DNA from: Alphaproteobacteria bacterium
GTDB taxonomy: Bacteria; Pseudomonadota; Alphaproteobacteria; Bin95
Length of the DNA stretch: 64,000 nucleotides
Direction of reading: 5' to 3'
Assembly: GCA_965205265.1 (NCBI GenBank)
Contig: CBDBGH010000003.1
Coordinates: forward strand, 4,128,001-4,192,000
A program made the translations under genes and the position numbers. Of this stretch, positions 10,305-22,672 are shown piece after piece (within the stretch, counting starts at the first letter, position 1; the number at the start of each line of letters is the position of its first letter). A model generated the notes under the pieces. The model was not told the DNA's origin. It made no database searches and saw only the letters and a list, made by a program, of their open reading frames with translations.

Positions 10305-11759
10305 ATGACAGACGGCTGGGTGAGGCTGGACGACAGCGTTATCGACGGCGCGGACATGGGCGAACGGGCGGCGCGCGCGGCGACCGGTTTCGCGGGGCTC
10401 GGCGTCGGCCCCGGCGATGCGGTCGCCTGGCTGCTCCACAACGACGCCGCGGTGTTCACCGTCACCGATGCGGCCGGCATGCTCGGGGCCTATGCCGTGC
10501 CGGTCAACTGGCACCTCGCGCCCGACGAGGTGCGCTACATCCTCGCCGACAGCGGCGCGAAGGCGCTGGTCGGGCATCCGCATCTGCTGGCCCCTCTGGG
10601 CGATCTGGAGGTCCCGGCAATCCCGCTCTCGGACTGGCCGGACTGGCTCGCCGCCCATGAGCCTCATGCGGGGCCGCCGCTCGATCCGCCGGGTTCGATG
10701 ATGTACACCTCCGGCACGACGGGCCGGCCCAAGGGGGTGCGCCGCCAGCCGGCCACGCAGGCGCAGCGCGACACGATCGCGGCCTTCCTTGCCGAGATCT
10801 ACGGCCTGCATCCGGGCATGGTCTCGGCCGTGACGGCGCCGCTCTACCACGCCGCGCCCAACAACCACGCCATGATGACCCGGCTCGCCGGCGGCCATCT
10901 GGTGCTGATGGGGCGCTTCGACGCCGAGCGGTTCCTGGCGCTGGTCGAGGAGCATCGGATCGGCCATGCCTTCATGGCGCCGATCATGTTCGTGCGCCTG
11001 CTCAAGCTGCCGGAAGCGGTGCGGGCGCGCTACGACCTCTCCTCGCTCCGCCGCGTCATCCATGCGGGCGCGCCCTGCGCCCCCGATGTCAAGCGGGCGA
11101 TGATCGAGTGGTGGGGGCCGGTGCTGGTCGAATATTACGGCTCGACCGAGACCGGCATGGTGACATGGTGCGATTCCGAAGAGTGGCTCCGGCGGCCGGG
11201 CACGGTCGGCCCGGTGATGCCGAACGCCGAGATCGTCATCTTCGACGAGGACAAGCGCCGCCTCGGCCCCGGCGAGACCGGCGAGATCTACTGCCTGCAC
11301 CGGGACCTCATGCCCTTCACCTACCACAACGACCCGGAGAAGCGGGCCGGGGTGGAACATGCGGGCCTCGTGACCAATGGCGACATGGGCTATCTGGACG
11401 AGGCGGGCTACCTGTTCCTGAACGACCGCCGGCGCGACATGATTATCTCCGGCGGTGTGAACATCTACCCGGCCGAGATCGAGGCGGCGCTGATCGAGTG
11501 CCCCGGTGTGCGCGACTGCGCGGTGTTCGGCGTGCCGGACGAGGAATACGGAGAGCGGGTCGCGGCCGCCATCGAGCGCGAGCCCGGCAGCGATTGCGAC
11601 GAGACGGCGGTCGGCGCCTTCCTCACCGGGCGCATCGCGGGCTATAAGCACCCCCGCTTGGTCGTCTTCCACGACTCCCTGCCGCGCGAGGACACCGGCA
11701 AGATCTTCAAGCGCAAGCTCCGCGAGCCCTATTGGGAAGCGGCCGGCCGGCGCATCTGA
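10305..11759 (+). CDS. Acyl-CoA synthetase (AMP-binding)
   Basis: YTSGTTGRPKG, YGSTE, GDMG, ISGGVNIYPAEIE. Confidence 0.92.
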   Translation: MTDGWVRLDDSVIDGADMGERAARAATGFAGLGVGPGDAVAWLLHNDAAVFTVTDAAGMLGAYAVPVNWHLAPDEVRYILADSGAKALVGHPHLLAPLGDLEVPAIPLSDWPDWLAAHEPHAGPPLDPPGSMMYTSGTTGRPKGVRRQPATQAQRDTIAAFLAEIYGLHPGMVSAVTAPLYHAAPNNHAMMTRLAGGHLVLMGRFDAERFLALVEEHRIGHAFMAPIMFVRLLKLPEAVRARYDLSSLRRVIHAGAPCAPDVKRAMIEWWGPVLVEYYGSTETGMVTWCDSEEWLRRPGTVGPVMPNAEIVIFDEDKRRLGPGETGEIYCLHRDLMPFTYHNDPEKRAGVEHAGLVTNGDMGYLDEAGYLFLNDRRRDMIISGGVNIYPAEIEAALIECPGVRDCAVFGVPDEEYGERVAAAIEREPGSDCDETAVGAFLTGRIAGYKHPRLVVFHDSLPREDTGKIFKRKLREPYWEAAGRRI

Positions 11760-11777
11760 GAAAAGGACGCGAACCCC

Positions 11778-12437
11778 ATGTTCTATGCCGACCACCGCGA
11801 ACACGGCCTCCGCCACAGCCCCTTCAAGGCGCTGGTCGCGCCGCGCCCCATCGCCTGGGTCTCGTCGCTCAGCACCGAGGGCGTGGTGAACCTCGCGCCC
11901 TACAGCTTCTTCAACGCCATGGCGGATTCGCCGCCGATCATCGTCTTCGCGCCCAACAATCCGCGCCTCGGCGGCGGGCGCAAGGACACGCTGGAGAATA
12001 TCGAGCAGACGGGCGAGTTCGTGGTCAATCTCTGCAATTGGGACCTGCGGGTGGCGATGAACGAAAGCTCCGCCCATGTGCCGCCGGATGTGGACGAGAT
12101 CGAGCTGGCTGGCCTGACGGCGGTTCCCTCGGAGGTCGTGAACGCGCCCCGCGTCGCCGAAGCCCCGGCCGCGCTCGAATGCGAGTTCCTGTTCCGCGTG
12201 CGCCTGCCGGGGTCGAGCCCGAAGATCGAGAACAATGCCTGCTTCGGCAGGGTGGTCGGCGTCCACATCGCGGACGACATCATCGTGGACGGCATGGTGG
12301 ACATGACCCGCTACCGGCCCATCGCGCGCTGCGGCTACATGGACTATGCGCTGGTCGAAAGCGTCTTCTCCATGGACCGCCCCGACGACAATCTCGAAGC
12401 CTACGAAGCCCGCAGACGCCAGGAAGCGGCGGAGTAG
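11778..12437 (+). CDS. Flavin reductase family protein
   Basis: PRPIAWVS, NLAPYSFFN, KDTLEN. Confidence 0.9.
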   Translation: MFYADHREHGLRHSPFKALVAPRPIAWVSSLSTEGVVNLAPYSFFNAMADSPPIIVFAPNNPRLGGGRKDTLENIEQTGEFVVNLCNWDLRVAMNESSAHVPPDVDEIELAGLTAVPSEVVNAPRVAEAPAALECEFLFRVRLPGSSPKIENNACFGRVVGVHIADDIIVDGMVDMTRYRPIARCGYMDYALVESVFSMDRPDDNLEAYEARRRQEAAE

Positions 12438-12447
12438 CCGGGAACCT

Positions 12448-15090
<2,643 letters not shown>

Positions 15091-15192
15091 GCGTCGCAAT
15101 CCTCCGGGGCGGATGCGGGAAAGACGGGTTTGTATCGGCAGGGCCGGCGGCTGTCCACAGGCGGTGGGCCGTCCGGGGCGGGCGCCCCTCCG

Positions 15193-15459
15193 TCAGCGGG
15201 AACGGAGCAATTGCAGGATTTGCTGCTGGGTTGCGATGACCTGCTTCTGGGTCTCGATGATCTGCTTCTGGTTGGCCATGAGCTGCTTCTGGTTCGTCTC
15301 GAGCACCGCCAGCCGCTCCCGGTTCTGCTGCGCCGCCTCGCGGAGGTCGCGGAGCTCGACCGTCTGCCAGGCGAGAATGGCGCTCACGATTGCGAAGAGC
15401 AACAGCGCCACCCAGCGCGGCGTTCCCTCTTTCGCGGCAGCTGACCGCGCAGTAGCCAT
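15193..15459 (-). CDS. Small single-TM protein with Gln-rich heptad coiled coil
   Basis: TM WVALLLFAIVSAILAW; heptads ETNQKQL/MANQKQI/IETQKQV/IATQQQI. Confidence 0.6.
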   Translation of the reverse strand: MATARSAAAKEGTPRWVALLLFAIVSAILAWQTVELRDLREAAQQNRERLAVLETNQKQLMANQKQIIETQKQVIATQQQILQLLRSR

Positions 15460-15555
15460 GGCGAAAACATATTGCGGCCCGTCCTGCGCGGCAATGCCCG
15501 TATCCTTCAGGCCTGGCGGCTGTCCACAGGCGGCGGCGCTGCGGGGCGGGCCTCG

Positions 15556-16782
15556 TCACGAGAGCCTCTGCAGCTCCCGGTGGACGCAGAACGGCAGGGC
15601 AAGCGAGAGGCCGAGGGCGATGAGGGACAGGACCAGCAGGAGGACGAAGGCCGCGTCGTAGGAGCCGTAGGCATCGTAGATCTCGCCGCCCACAAGCGCG
15701 CCGAAGCCGCCGGCGGAGTGGTGGACCATGGTGATGAAGCCCGTCACCGCGCCGAGCCGCGACCATGCGGCGATCTCGCGGCCGAAGACCACGGTGAGCG
15801 GTGCGGTGACCCAGAAGGTGACGCCGAACAGCAGCGCCGCGCCGGCGATGACGACAGGCTCCCGGCTGACCAGCAGGGCGGCGCACAGCAAGGTCCTCAG
15901 CAGGAAGCAGACCGCGGTCGGCAGCACCGGGCCCCGGCGGTCGTTCAGCACGCCGGTCAGCAGCACGCCGGCGACGCCGGCCAGCCCCATGAAGGCCAGG
16001 ATGTTGCCGGCGAGCAGGCGATCGACGCCCTCATCGACCGCAAAGGCGACCACATGGACGGCGATCAGGAAGTCCTGGAAGCCGCAGATCGCATAGATGA
16101 CGAGAAGCAGCTGGAGCCGGCGTGAGGCCAGTGCCTCGCGGAGGGTTGCCGCCCCCCTTTCCGGCGATGCGGCGGTCCGGGACGCATCGGCCGGCGGCGG
16201 AGCCGGCGCGGGACCGGGGGTGCTGCGCGCGAAGAGCAGCAGCGGCAGCACGCATATCAGCATCGCAATGCCGAGCGCGAGGAAGGACCCGCGCCAGCCC
16301 AGCACGGCGAGCTGCGCGGCGAGCAGCGAGATGACCAGCAGCTGGCCGAGGCCCATGCCGGAGATCGCGATGCTGTTGGCCATGCCCATGCGCTGCGGAT
16401 ACCAGCGGCTGAGCAGCACGCCGATGGGCGTGATCGAGGTGCCGGCGCTGCCCAGCGCGAACACGACGCCGTAAAGGAAAAGCACCTCCCACTGGCTCCC
16501 GGCGAAGCTCATACAGACGAGCGCGAGCGCCGAGACCAGCACCGCCGAGACCAGCACTTTCGCGCCGCCCGCGCGGTCCACAAGGCGGCCGACCAGGAAC
16601 ATGGCGCCGGCGGACAGCACCATGAACAGGGTGACATTGAGCGAGACGGCGCTGCGGCTCCACCCCAGGTCTTCGGTCATCGGCTGGAGCAGCAGGCCGA
16701 TGGCGAAGCGCGCGCCGCCGTTGAACAGCAGCACCAGGAAGCATGTCGCCAGCAGGAAGCGCGCAGCGGCGGCGGGGGTCAC
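15556..16782 (-). CDS. MFS transporter
   Basis: About 12 hydrophobic segments; GRLVDRAG motif A. Confidence 0.88.
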   Translation of the reverse strand: MTPAAAARFLLATCFLVLLFNGGARFAIGLLLQPMTEDLGWSRSAVSLNVTLFMVLSAGAMFLVGRLVDRAGGAKVLVSAVLVSALALVCMSFAGSQWEVLFLYGVVFALGSAGTSITPIGVLLSRWYPQRMGMANSIAISGMGLGQLLVISLLAAQLAVLGWRGSFLALGIAMLICVLPLLLFARSTPGPAPAPPPADASRTAASPERGAATLREALASRRLQLLLVIYAICGFQDFLIAVHVVAFAVDEGVDRLLAGNILAFMGLAGVAGVLLTGVLNDRRGPVLPTAVCFLLRTLLCAALLVSREPVVIAGAALLFGVTFWVTAPLTVVFGREIAAWSRLGAVTGFITMVHHSAGGFGALVGGEIYDAYGSYDAAFVLLLVLSLIALGLSLALPFCVHRELQRLS

Positions 16783-16813
16783 GGGCCGGGGCTCGCTTCC
16801 GGCTTTCCCGCCG

Positions 16814-18115
16814 TCACGGCCGCGCGAAGCGGTCGGGCGCGAACGGGGCCGGGTCGGCGGCCGGCTCCCGGCCGGTGGCGAGCTGGGCCGCCAGAAGGCC
16901 GAGTCCCGGACCCAGGCCGAAGCCGTGGCCGGAGAGCCCGGCGGCGAGCGTCAGCCCTTCCAGCCCGGCGACCGGCCCGACCAGCGGCGCCTCGTCGGGC
17001 GTGACGTCGATCATGCCGCCCCAGCTCTCGACCGCCTGCACGCCCTGCAACTGCGGATAGACGCGCCGCGCGCCGCGCAGAATGGCGTCGAGCAGGCGCC
17101 GGTCGGGCGGGGGATCGAGCGCCCGGGCCTGTTCCATCGGGCTGAACTGGTCCGCCCGCCAGCGGTTCCGGCCGAGCGCGCCGAAGAATTCCGGCCCGAA
17201 ACGGAGCTTCAGGAACCGCCAGCGGTCGCGGTAGAGCGGCAGGAACGTCCGGAAATGGGAAAACGCCGCCGGGATGAGGTCGAAGCGCGCCGCATGCACC
17301 CGCCCGACCGTGTAGCCGCCGTCCAGGCGCGGGCGTACCGAGGCAGTCCGCATGCCGACGGGGCCGTGCGCGATCGGCGGCGCGGGGGCCGTGCGCAATG
17401 CCTGTGAGCGCACGGCAAGCTGCGGAAGCGGGCGGCCCATGTTCTCCAGGAATGGCCGGCACCAGGCGCCGCCCGCCAGAATGACGGCCCGGCAGGCGAC
17501 GGTCCCGTGCTCGGTGACGACGCCGGCGATCCGTCCGCCCGCCGCTTCCAGGGTCCGCACGGCCGTGTGCTCGAAAACGGCCGCGCCCGCGTCCGAGGCC
17601 AGGCGCGCCAGCGCCGGGACCGCGAGCGCCGGTTCGGCATGCATGTCGCTGTCCGTGACCAGGGCGCCCGCGAACCGCCGCCCGTCCTGGCCGATCAGCT
17701 CGTCGGTCTCGGCCGGGGAGAGCATCCGCGACCCCAGCTGGAACGGCCGCGCCGAGGCAAGCCACGCTTCGCGCTCGGCAAGCTCCGCCCCGTCCTCGGC
17801 CACATAGGCGATGCCCTGCTGGCGAAGGCCGAAATCGACCGGGCTCTGCGCCCCGAACCGCCGCCAGAGCGCCTGCGCTTCCAGCATCAGCGGAATCTCG
17901 CGCAGGTCGCGCCCCTGGATGCGGATCCAGCCCCAATTGCGGGAGGACTGCTCGCCCGCGATCCGGCCCTTCTCGCAGAGCAGCACCGGCACGCCCCATT
18001 CCGCCAGGATGAGCGCGGCCGTCACGCCCACCACGCCGCCGCCGATGACGACGACCTCGACGGACCCGGGCAGCGGCCGGTCCGGGCCGGGCAGGAATTC
18101 CTGTGTCTCGTTCAT
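16814..18115 (-). CDS. FAD-dependent oxidoreductase, DAO/DadA family
   Basis: VIGGGVVG, EQSSRNWG, WGGMID.TPD, SGHGFG. Confidence 0.9.
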   Translation of the reverse strand: MNETQEFLPGPDRPLPGSVEVVVIGGGVVGVTAALILAEWGVPVLLCEKGRIAGEQSSRNWGWIRIQGRDLREIPLMLEAQALWRRFGAQSPVDFGLRQQGIAYVAEDGAELAEREAWLASARPFQLGSRMLSPAETDELIGQDGRRFAGALVTDSDMHAEPALAVPALARLASDAGAAVFEHTAVRTLEAAGGRIAGVVTEHGTVACRAVILAGGAWCRPFLENMGRPLPQLAVRSQALRTAPAPPIAHGPVGMRTASVRPRLDGGYTVGRVHAARFDLIPAAFSHFRTFLPLYRDRWRFLKLRFGPEFFGALGRNRWRADQFSPMEQARALDPPPDRRLLDAILRGARRVYPQLQGVQAVESWGGMIDVTPDEAPLVGPVAGLEGLTLAAGLSGHGFGLGPGLGLLAAQLATGREPAADPAPFAPDRFARP

Positions 18116-18265
18116 GGCCGCGCAGCATGCGCCCGCCCCGCCCCGCCGCGCAACCGGAGGCAGGCGCGCGAGTCCGGCAGCCATCAACGGACGGGCAGCG
18201 CGGCGGAAGGGTGTTGTCTTCCGTCAAGCGAATCTTCCCGATATAGCCCGGCCGCAGTTGCGTGC

Positions 18266-18293
18266 CCTGTGAGAAAGAAGCATTTGACACAGG
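18266..18293. promoter_or_regulatory. Imperfect inverted repeat over a TTGACA -35 upstream of vapB (candidate TA operator)
   Basis: cctgtgagaaa / tttgacacagg, 9 of 11 complementary. Confidence 0.4.
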
Positions 18294-18320
18294 ACTCTCT
18301 TCAAGGTGAATGTGGGACGC

Positions 18321-18587
18321 ATGAGAACGACGGTTGACCTCCCCGATGCGGTGCTGGACAAGGCTAGAGCCCTTGCCGCCAGCCGCAGTATGAGTCTGAA
18401 GCGCTTCATGGCGGAGGCACTGGAGGAGCATCTTCGCCGGTGCGGGGATACGCCTGCCATGCGGGGGCAGGAGCCGCCCTGGATGGCGGGCTTCGGGGAG
18501 CTTGCCGACCTCGCCGACGAGAACCGGCGCATTCTTGCCTTGATCGAGGAGGAATTCGAGTCTGTCGATCCCGACGACTCCGAATGA
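18321..18587 (+). CDS. vapB: VapB-like RHH antitoxin
   Basis: MRTTVDLPD N-terminus, acidic tail, ATGA overlap with a PIN gene. Confidence 0.75.
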   Translation: MRTTVDLPDAVLDKARALAASRSMSLKRFMAEALEEHLRRCGDTPAMRGQEPPWMAGFGELADLADENRRILALIEEEFESVDPDDSE

Positions 18588-18973
18588 TTCTCGATACCAA
18601 TGCCTTGTCCGCATGGGCGGAAGGACTGCCTGCGGTCGAGGCCCCGATGCAAGCGGCGCGCCGCTTGGTGGTGCCGAGCATCGTTCTGGGAGAGTATCTC
18701 TTCGGCATCCGCCAATCCCGTTACCTGAGCCGTTACGAGAGTTGGCTTCGTCATAACCTGCCGCTGGTCGAGATCGCCGGGGTCACCGAAGAAACGGCGG
18801 CCATCTACGCAGATATTCGCCTGGAACTGAAACGGGCCGGAAATCCTATACCATCCAACGACGTCTGGATCGCCGCCGTCGCCCGGCAACATTCCCTGCC
18901 GGTGTTGAGCAACGACGTACATTTCGATGCTGTGACCGGCCTCGGGCGCATCGACTTCCGCATCGGAGCGTGA
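18584..18973 (+). CDS. vapC: VapC PIN-domain toxin
   Basis: MILDTN, GE, IPSNDVWIAA, SND.HF. Confidence 0.9.
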   Translation: MILDTNALSAWAEGLPAVEAPMQAARRLVVPSIVLGEYLFGIRQSRYLSRYESWLRHNLPLVEIAGVTEETAAIYADIRLELKRAGNPIPSNDVWIAAVARQHSLPVLSNDVHFDAVTGLGRIDFRIGA

Positions 18974-19010
18974 CCCGGCTAACGGAACGGCCGGTCGTCG
19001 GGGCGGCCGG

Positions 19011-19265
19011 TCACCGGAGCGCCAAGAGGGCGGCGGCCTCCTTGTCCGGCATGCGCGCGATACGCCGCAGCGAGACGCACCGCGACGCGAACTCGCCGGC
19101 GATGGAGAGCGCATAGATCGCCTTGGGCCGCGAGAGTCCGGCGACGCGAAGCCCCTCCGGCCCGAGCGCCGGCTCCGCCCCGGGCGTGACGCTGCCGCCG
19201 GTAGCCTCCTCCAGCCGCGCCCGGATCGCCTGCCTCCTGAGCGCCATAGGCGGCGAAGCGTTCAT
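19011..19265 (-). pseudogene. AlkA-like DNA-3-methyladenine glycosylase internal fragment
   Basis: AIRARLEE..GGSVTP..LRVAGLSRPKAIY..IARMPDKEA; stops before the HhH motif. Confidence 0.55.
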
Positions 19266-20083
19266 ATGTCCTTCTCTCCCTTCCAGGGAGCGCCTGGAAG
19301 AAGTGAGATCAGCTTTTCCAAAACCGTCCGGGCCGCTTCGGCCGGCTGCCACTCGAAGCCCGGCCGAAGCAACGCGCTCATGTCTGCATTGAACTGCCCG
19401 TCGCCAATCTTGCCCGCGAGATTCCGCTCGAACATCGCGCGACTCACCGCACCTCCCTCCTGCGCCATATACTGCCGGAACACCGACGCGATCCGCCCGG
19501 CATTGCTCCGGCTGTCTCCGAGCCCCGTGGCGAGGTCGAACAAATCCCGGCCCTTGCGGCGCTGATAGAGCGCCCGCAGCTTCGTCGCCAGGAGTTCGTC
19601 GAGCGGGAAAGTCGTGATTTCGGCCGCTCCCGAGTACCACCGCGAGTCGACTGAGAAAAGTCGTCTCTCGAAGCCCAGCGCCGCAAAGTGCTCACGGGTG
19701 TTGATCTCGACCTTGAGACGCAGACGCATCGCGGGAGCGTCCTCGGAAAGAAACCGGTAGCCGAACGTCACCCGTCCTTGAGACTGCTTCCAATGCGCGT
19801 CGCCAAGCCAGGGATCGAGCGCATTTCGCAATCCGTCCATTAACGGACCTCCCGGGCCGGGCTCGGTCTGTACCAGATCGATATCCTCGGAATAGCGCGC
19901 CGGCGGCGTCAGGTAGAGTTTGTAGAGCGCCGTGCCTCCCCGGAACGCGAGCCCCTTGGCGAGAACCGGATCGGAGAAAATTGCGACCAGGGCGCGGCTG
20001 ATGACCAGATCCTGCTCGACCTGGAAATCCTCGCTCCACGGCGCCCGCTCCCGCCACCGGGTGATGTAGTCGCGCGGGATCAT
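19262..20083 (-). CDS. AbiEii/AbiGii nucleotidyltransferase toxin (type IV TA)
   Basis: QVEQDL, FRGGTAL, RYSEDIDL, TKLRALYQRRKGRDLFD. Confidence 0.92.
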   Translation of the reverse strand: MIPRDYITRWRERAPWSEDFQVEQDLVISRALVAIFSDPVLAKGLAFRGGTALYKLYLTPPARYSEDIDLVQTEPGPGGPLMDGLRNALDPWLGDAHWKQSQGRVTFGYRFLSEDAPAMRLRLKVEINTREHFAALGFERRLFSVDSRWYSGAAEITTFPLDELLATKLRALYQRRKGRDLFDLATGLGDSRSNAGRIASVFRQYMAQEGGAVSRAMFERNLAGKIGDGQFNADMSALLRPGFEWQPAEAARTVLEKLISLLPGAPWKGEKDI

Positions 20084-20883
20084 GCATCCGTCTCGACGTT
20101 TGCGTTCACGAACAGCCGCCAGTCTCCCGACCGCCGCGTACAGTCGGCGCTCGCGCCGGGAAGAAGCTTCGTGAAGTTTCGCGCATGCTGTCGCACATGC
20201 GCTTTGAGCGGCACGGCCTTGTCCCCGGCCCCGACATGTTCGAGGAGATAACCCAGACGCTGCGCCCAGAGAATCGACGCGGACTTCGAAGCCTCGACAA
20301 GACGCTCCGGGTCCATGTCCCCGCCGAGTTCGGAAAGCACGCCCGCCACGCGGTCCAGTCCGCCGGCGCGGTGCATGTATCCGACGAGATCGACCGCCGT
20401 TGCTTCCACGGTCGAGACCACGACTGTGCCGCGTGGATTGTTGAAACTCTCGACCGGCACGGCAGCGAGGTTGCGGCGCGCAGTGAAGGCGACCCTGACA
20501 GTGCCGCACAGGATTGCCGGCCGGCTCTTCTCAATGACGACCTGGAACTCTTGCGGACGATGATGGGCCGCGCCGTGATACTGCGCGGCCGAGAGGAGAC
20601 CGGCATAGTAGCGGATATTCCGGTGCTCCATCAGCGCCGGAACGAACTGGTCCGCCGGCAGGCAGCCGAGCCGCCTGTATTCAGGCGGCACGATTACGTA
20701 GAAGCCGCGCGCAGGACTTGCGATCTCTCCCCTCGCCGCGAGGCGGCTCAGCGCCTGGCGAGCCGCCGCCTCCGAGACCCCGAGGGCCGAGCGAAGCTCG
20801 GACGAGGTAAAGTGGTGGCGGCCGCCGGCGGCCAGATTGGCGACGACATTGCGAGCGCGCGGTCGGGCGGATACATACATCAC
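20080..20883 (-). CDS. AbiEi-family antitoxin (type IV TA)
   Basis: wHTH N-terminus, RGFYVIVPPEY, YYAGLLSAA.YHGAAH, QRLGYLLE; coupled to the toxin gene. Confidence 0.9.
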   Translation of the reverse strand: MMYVSARPRARNVVANLAAGGRHHFTSSELRSALGVSEAAARQALSRLAARGEIASPARGFYVIVPPEYRRLGCLPADQFVPALMEHRNIRYYAGLLSAAQYHGAAHHRPQEFQVVIEKSRPAILCGTVRVAFTARRNLAAVPVESFNNPRGTVVVSTVEATAVDLVGYMHRAGGLDRVAGVLSELGGDMDPERLVEASKSASILWAQRLGYLLEHVGAGDKAVPLKAHVRQHARNFTKLLPGASADCTRRSGDWRLFVNANVETDA

Positions 20884-21087
20884 GCCGATAAAGTAGCATT
20901 ATTTGTCACAATATGAAAGTGTAATCGTAGTCCATGCGACCGGCGTCCTGGTCGATGCCCTTGCTGTGCCACCTGAGGCCGCGCCAACGACCGTCGCTTC
21001 CGGCGCGTTCTCCGTGGGCGGGAACCGGCGTATCCTTGCCTTGATCGAGGAAGAGTTCGGGCCGCGCGCCGGATCGGAGGATTGCAG

Positions 21088-21930
21088 ATGAGCGGGGAGC
21101 TTAAGGGCAGGGTTGCCGTCGTTACGGGAGCGGCCGGGGGGATCGGGCGGGAATTCGTGTCCGGCCTGCTGGGGGCGGGGGCGAAGGTGGCCGCGCTCGA
21201 TATCGACGGGGAACGGCTCGGCGCGCTTGAGGCGGACGCCTCCGGCGGCCGGCTGATGACCGCGCGCGTGGACATATCGAGCTACGCCGAATGCGAGGCG
21301 GCGGTCGGGCAGGTGCGGGAGCGGCTCGGCCCGCCGGACATCCTCGTGAACAACGGCGCGGTCGGCATGGGCGTCATCCGGGCGGACCACATGACGAACC
21401 TGGTCGAAATCCACGAAATAGACCCGGAGGTCTGGGACCGGTTCGTCGCGGTCAACCTCTCCGGGGCGTGGTACATGACGCGCGCTTCGGTCGGGGGCAT
21501 GCTCGACCGGGGCTGGGGCCGCATCGTCAATGTCACCACCAGTTTCTTCACCATGCTGCGCGGGCGATTCCACCCCTACGGCCCCGTCAAGTCCGGGCTG
21601 GAAGCCATGTCCGCCGGCCATGCCGCGGAATTCGCGGACCGGGGCGTGACGGTGAATGTCGTCGTGCCGGGCGGCCCGACGGACACGCCGATGGTGCCAG
21701 AGGAATCCGGCCTCGACCGCGCGGCGCTGATCCCGCCCCGGGCGATGGTCCCGCCGGTGCTGTGGCTCTGCTCGCGCGAGGGCGGCGCCTGGACCGGGCA
21801 CCGCTATGTCGCGGGCGAGTGGGACGCCGTGCTCGATCCGGCCGCCGCGGCGGCAGGCTGCCGCGCGCCCATCGCCTGGCCGGACCTCGCGCAGAGCCCG
21901 GTATGGCCCGGAGGCAGGCCGCCGGTTTGA
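21088..21930 (+). CDS. SDR family oxidoreductase
   Basis: TGAAGGIG, NNG, YGPVK. Confidence 0.9.
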   Translation: MSGELKGRVAVVTGAAGGIGREFVSGLLGAGAKVAALDIDGERLGALEADASGGRLMTARVDISSYAECEAAVGQVRERLGPPDILVNNGAVGMGVIRADHMTNLVEIHEIDPEVWDRFVAVNLSGAWYMTRASVGGMLDRGWGRIVNVTTSFFTMLRGRFHPYGPVKSGLEAMSAGHAAEFADRGVTVNVVVPGGPTDTPMVPEESGLDRAALIPPRAMVPPVLWLCSREGGAWTGHRYVAGEWDAVLDPAAAAAGCRAPIAWPDLAQSPVWPGGRPPV

Positions 21931-21954
21931 CAACGGCCCCGGCGGCGCTATAAC
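21927..21954 (+). promoter_or_regulatory. sigma70-type promoter of rpsD
   Basis: TTGACA-N16-TATAAC about 100 bp upstream of the rpsD ATG. Confidence 0.65.
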
Positions 21955-22055
21955 CCGGCCATTCCCGAGAACGCGGGCGGCTCCGCCCCGTCCCGGCGCT
22001 TGCGCCCGGACCTATCGGGACAACAACAAACGCGCAAAGCGGACAACGAGAGACC

Positions 22056-22670
22056 ATGGCGAAACGCGAAAACGCGAAACACAAGATCGACCGGCGCCTC
22101 GGCGTCAATCTCTGGGGACGGCCCAAGAGTCCCTACAACCGCCGGGAATACGGGCCGGGCCAGCACGGCCAGCGCCGGCGCAAGCCCACCGATTTCGGCC
22201 TCCAGCTGCGCGCCAAGCAGCAGCTCAAGGGGCATTACGGCGACATTTCCGAAAAGCAGTTCCGCCGCCTCTACCACGAGGCCGTGCGCCGGCGGGGCGA
22301 CACGGGCGAAAACCTGATCGAGCTGCTGGAGCGCCGGCTGGACGCCGTGGTCTATCGCATGAAGTTCGTGCCGACGATCTTCGCCGCGCGCCAGTTCGTG
22401 AACCACGGCCATGTCCGGGTGAACGGGCGGCGGGTCAACATCCCCTCCTACCGGGTGCGCGACGGCGACACGATCGAGGTGAAGCAGAAGTCCCGCACCA
22501 TGGCGCTGGTGCTGGAGGCCATCGAGTCGCCGGAACGCGACGTGCCGGACTATCTCTCCGTCGATTTCAACGAGCTGAAGGGCTCCTTCCAGCGCGGCCC
22601 CGGCCTGGCCGATGTGCCCTTTGCGGTGCAGATGGAGCCGCATCTGGTCGTGGAGTTCTACTCCCGCTAG
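22056..22670 (+). CDS. rpsD: 30S ribosomal protein S4
   Basis: [38 protein letters not shown]. Confidence 0.98.
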   Translation: MAKRENAKHKIDRRLGVNLWGRPKSPYNRREYGPGQHGQRRRKPTDFGLQLRAKQQLKGHYGDISEKQFRRLYHEAVRRRGDTGENLIELLERRLDAVVYRMKFVPTIFAARQFVNHGHVRVNGRRVNIPSYRVRDGDTIEVKQKSRTMALVLEAIESPERDVPDYLSVDFNELKGSFQRGPGLADVPFAVQMEPHLVVEFYSR

Positions 22671-22672
22671 CG

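Noticed and set aside
15151-15529. CTGTCCACA as DnaA boxes / oriC
   Set aside because: Two mismatches to TTATCCACA, only two copies, and no AT-rich unwinding region
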